From the IMG/VR virus record IMGVR_UViG_3300034062_006549, positions 1 through 58,071 of that record: a DNA stretch of 58,071 nt; one strand, given 5' to 3'. This DNA is from a virus (taxonomy: Duplodnaviria > Caudoviricetes). The translations under genes and the position numbers were made by a program. Below are positions 56,817 to 58,071 of this stretch, piece by piece. Numbering within the stretch: the first letter of the stretch is position 1; each line of letters begins with the position of its first letter. Below the pieces are notes generated by a model. It was given only the letters and a program-made list of their open reading frames with translations, was not told where the DNA came from and ran no database searches.

Positions 56817-57824
56817 TTACTTTTTTGTTTTAAAATTTTGTTTTTCTTTTCTTGTTAGTTTTAAAAATGGTTTTACAAAGTTTACCCAAGCGTCATCACC
56901 TTTAGGTAAGAATTTAAAGAATCCATCTTCCATCATCATTCTTATCAGGTTTCTATGTCCTCTACCATCAGGGTCTAAAGTTTCCTTATAATAAAGTTCA
57001 ACCATATTTTTACCTTCATCATCAATCAATGGCTCAGACAAATCTACAATCTTTTTATTAATTTCAAAAAATTCATCACCATAAATTCCTGTTTTGGTCT
57101 TACCTGTAAGAAGATTTTTTAAAGCGGTATTATTTTTATCTTCTTTTAAGAGTATTTCTGCTTTAGATAAAATATCAACAATTGTTTGTTCTTGTTCAAG
57201 TAATTCTGGAAATAATTTAAATAAAGTTTTATCACCCAAATAATAAATTCCATCAATATTATCAGATTTATCACCAGCCAATATCTTGTAAATCAAAATA
57301 TTGTTATGCGGAATCTCGTGTTCTTTAAGTTTAATTTTATCACCAAAACTATACAATTGTTTGGCTGATGGTGAATAAATGGATACATTTTTTGATATAA
57401 GTTGGGTTAAGTCTTTATCTGATGAAAAAATGGTAATCTTTTCGTCAGATGCTATCTGACAATAATACGCAATTAAATCATCAGCTTCATTATTTTCTAT
57501 GTTCACTTGGCGAATGAACATCTCTTCTAAGTATTGTTTAACCCTCTCCTTTTGATGGGTGAATGATTGAACTTTAAACTCATTTTGTTCTTGGATTCTG
57601 TTTTCTTTGTATTGGGGGTAAATTATTTTTCTTTTACTTGAATTCCCTTCACCATCCCAGAAAACAACTATTTTATCAAAATTGTATTCTTCAATGAATC
57701 TTCTAGTTGTATTTAGGAAATGCCATAAACCCCCAATATGATTACCATTATGGTAATAATCTTTCACACCATGATAGCCAATTTTAAGTAAATTGTTTCC
57801 ATCGATTAATAGTGTTTTAGTCAT
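56817..57824 (-). CDS. 5'-3' exonuclease/flap endonuclease (T4 RNase H, PolA N-domain-like)
   Basis: LLIDGNN, VFWDG, YKENR, EADDLIA, SSDKDLTQL, GDKSDNIDG. Confidence 0.95.
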   Translation of the reverse strand: MTKTLLIDGNNLLKIGYHGVKDYYHNGNHIGGLWHFLNTTRRFIEEYNFDKIVVFWDGEGNSSKRKIIYPQYKENRIQEQNEFKVQSFTHQKERVKQYLEEMFIRQVNIENNEADDLIAYYCQIASDEKITIFSSDKDLTQLISKNVSIYSPSAKQLYSFGDKIKLKEHEIPHNNILIYKILAGDKSDNIDGIYYLGDKTLFKLFPELLEQEQTIVDILSKAEILLKEDKNNTALKNLLTGKTKTGIYGDEFFEINKKIVDLSEPLIDDEGKNMVELYYKETLDPDGRGHRNLIRMMMEDGFFKFLPKGDDAWVNFVKPFLKLTRKEKQNFKTKK

Positions 57825-58071
57825 TTAAAATAAAGTTAATTGTGTGAACGATTTTTTTTCTGTTTTTTCTATCATATACTCATTCAAGAACTCCGTGAAA
57901 ATAGCTTCCATTACAGGAACACATATGGAGTTACCAGCTAAAGCTACGTGGTTCTTAGTTGTTAAACTTGTTGATAATAATTTATCAATATCTTCTTCTC
58001 TAACACCCATAAATCTATAGGCTTCTCTTCCTGTTATAGTTCTTATTCTTCCATCAACCATAATCTGTGGT
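57825..58071 (-). CDS. C5-cytosine DNA methyltransferase, C-terminal part
   Basis: Motifs IX/X: RTITGREAYRFMG...LAGNSICVPVMEAI; open to the window edge. Confidence 0.85.
   Translation of the reverse strand, partial: PQIMVDGRIRTITGREAYRFMGVREEDIDKLLSTSLTTKNHVALAGNSICVPVMEAIFTEFLNEYMIEKTEKKSFTQLTLF

Noticed and set aside
1-58071. Alternative genetic code (stop-codon reassignment as in some large phages)
   Set aside because: Code 11 gives full-length, densely packed genes, and TAA, TAG and TGA all terminate ORFs
1-58071. tRNA, rRNA or large ncRNA genes
   Set aside because: Intergenic gaps are short and AT-rich and no cloverleaf or T-loop signature was noticed; a covariance search was not run

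Overview
This window is a fragment of a large, AT-rich, T4-like myovirus (jumbo-phage type) that uses the standard genetic code. Its host is most likely in the Bacteroidota, judging by the Bacteroidota-type sigma factor, TTTG-N18-20-TAnnTTTG promoters, an Hc1-like protein and SprB-like repeats. From left to right: (i) 1-20635, mostly minus strand: a DUF932 fragment, an LRR protein, DnaJ, probable head-packaged proteins, an amidase-fold protein, a sigma-70 factor, a Hpy188I-like GIY-YIG nuclease, Rad50/gp46, a thioesterase, Mre11/gp47, a PD-(D/E)XK nuclease and primase; (ii) 20680-32888, a plus-strand island of Cys-rich, Pro/Thr-repeat fibre/adhesin-like genes around a glycosyltransferase, ending in RuvC; (iii) 32924-51490, a minus-strand baseplate/fibre module; (iv) 51570-58071: nrdA, nrdB, DnaB/gp41, a 5'-3' exonuclease and a C5 methyltransferase fragment. 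The best candidate for an undescribed system is phage-encoded protein O-glycosylation of the virion. A plant SERGT1/HPAT (GT96/GT95)-like transferase sits among PA14-headed, mucin-like (PT)n proteins, and a [ST]-[GA]-x-[TS] motif pervades the outer structural proteins. Other notable points are an Mre11-Rad50 pair apparently split inside the capping domain, a catalytically dead amidase, a sigma factor lacking most of its region 3 HTH, and a TATTTAT late-promoter motif. All family calls come from recognising motifs by eye; no searches were run.
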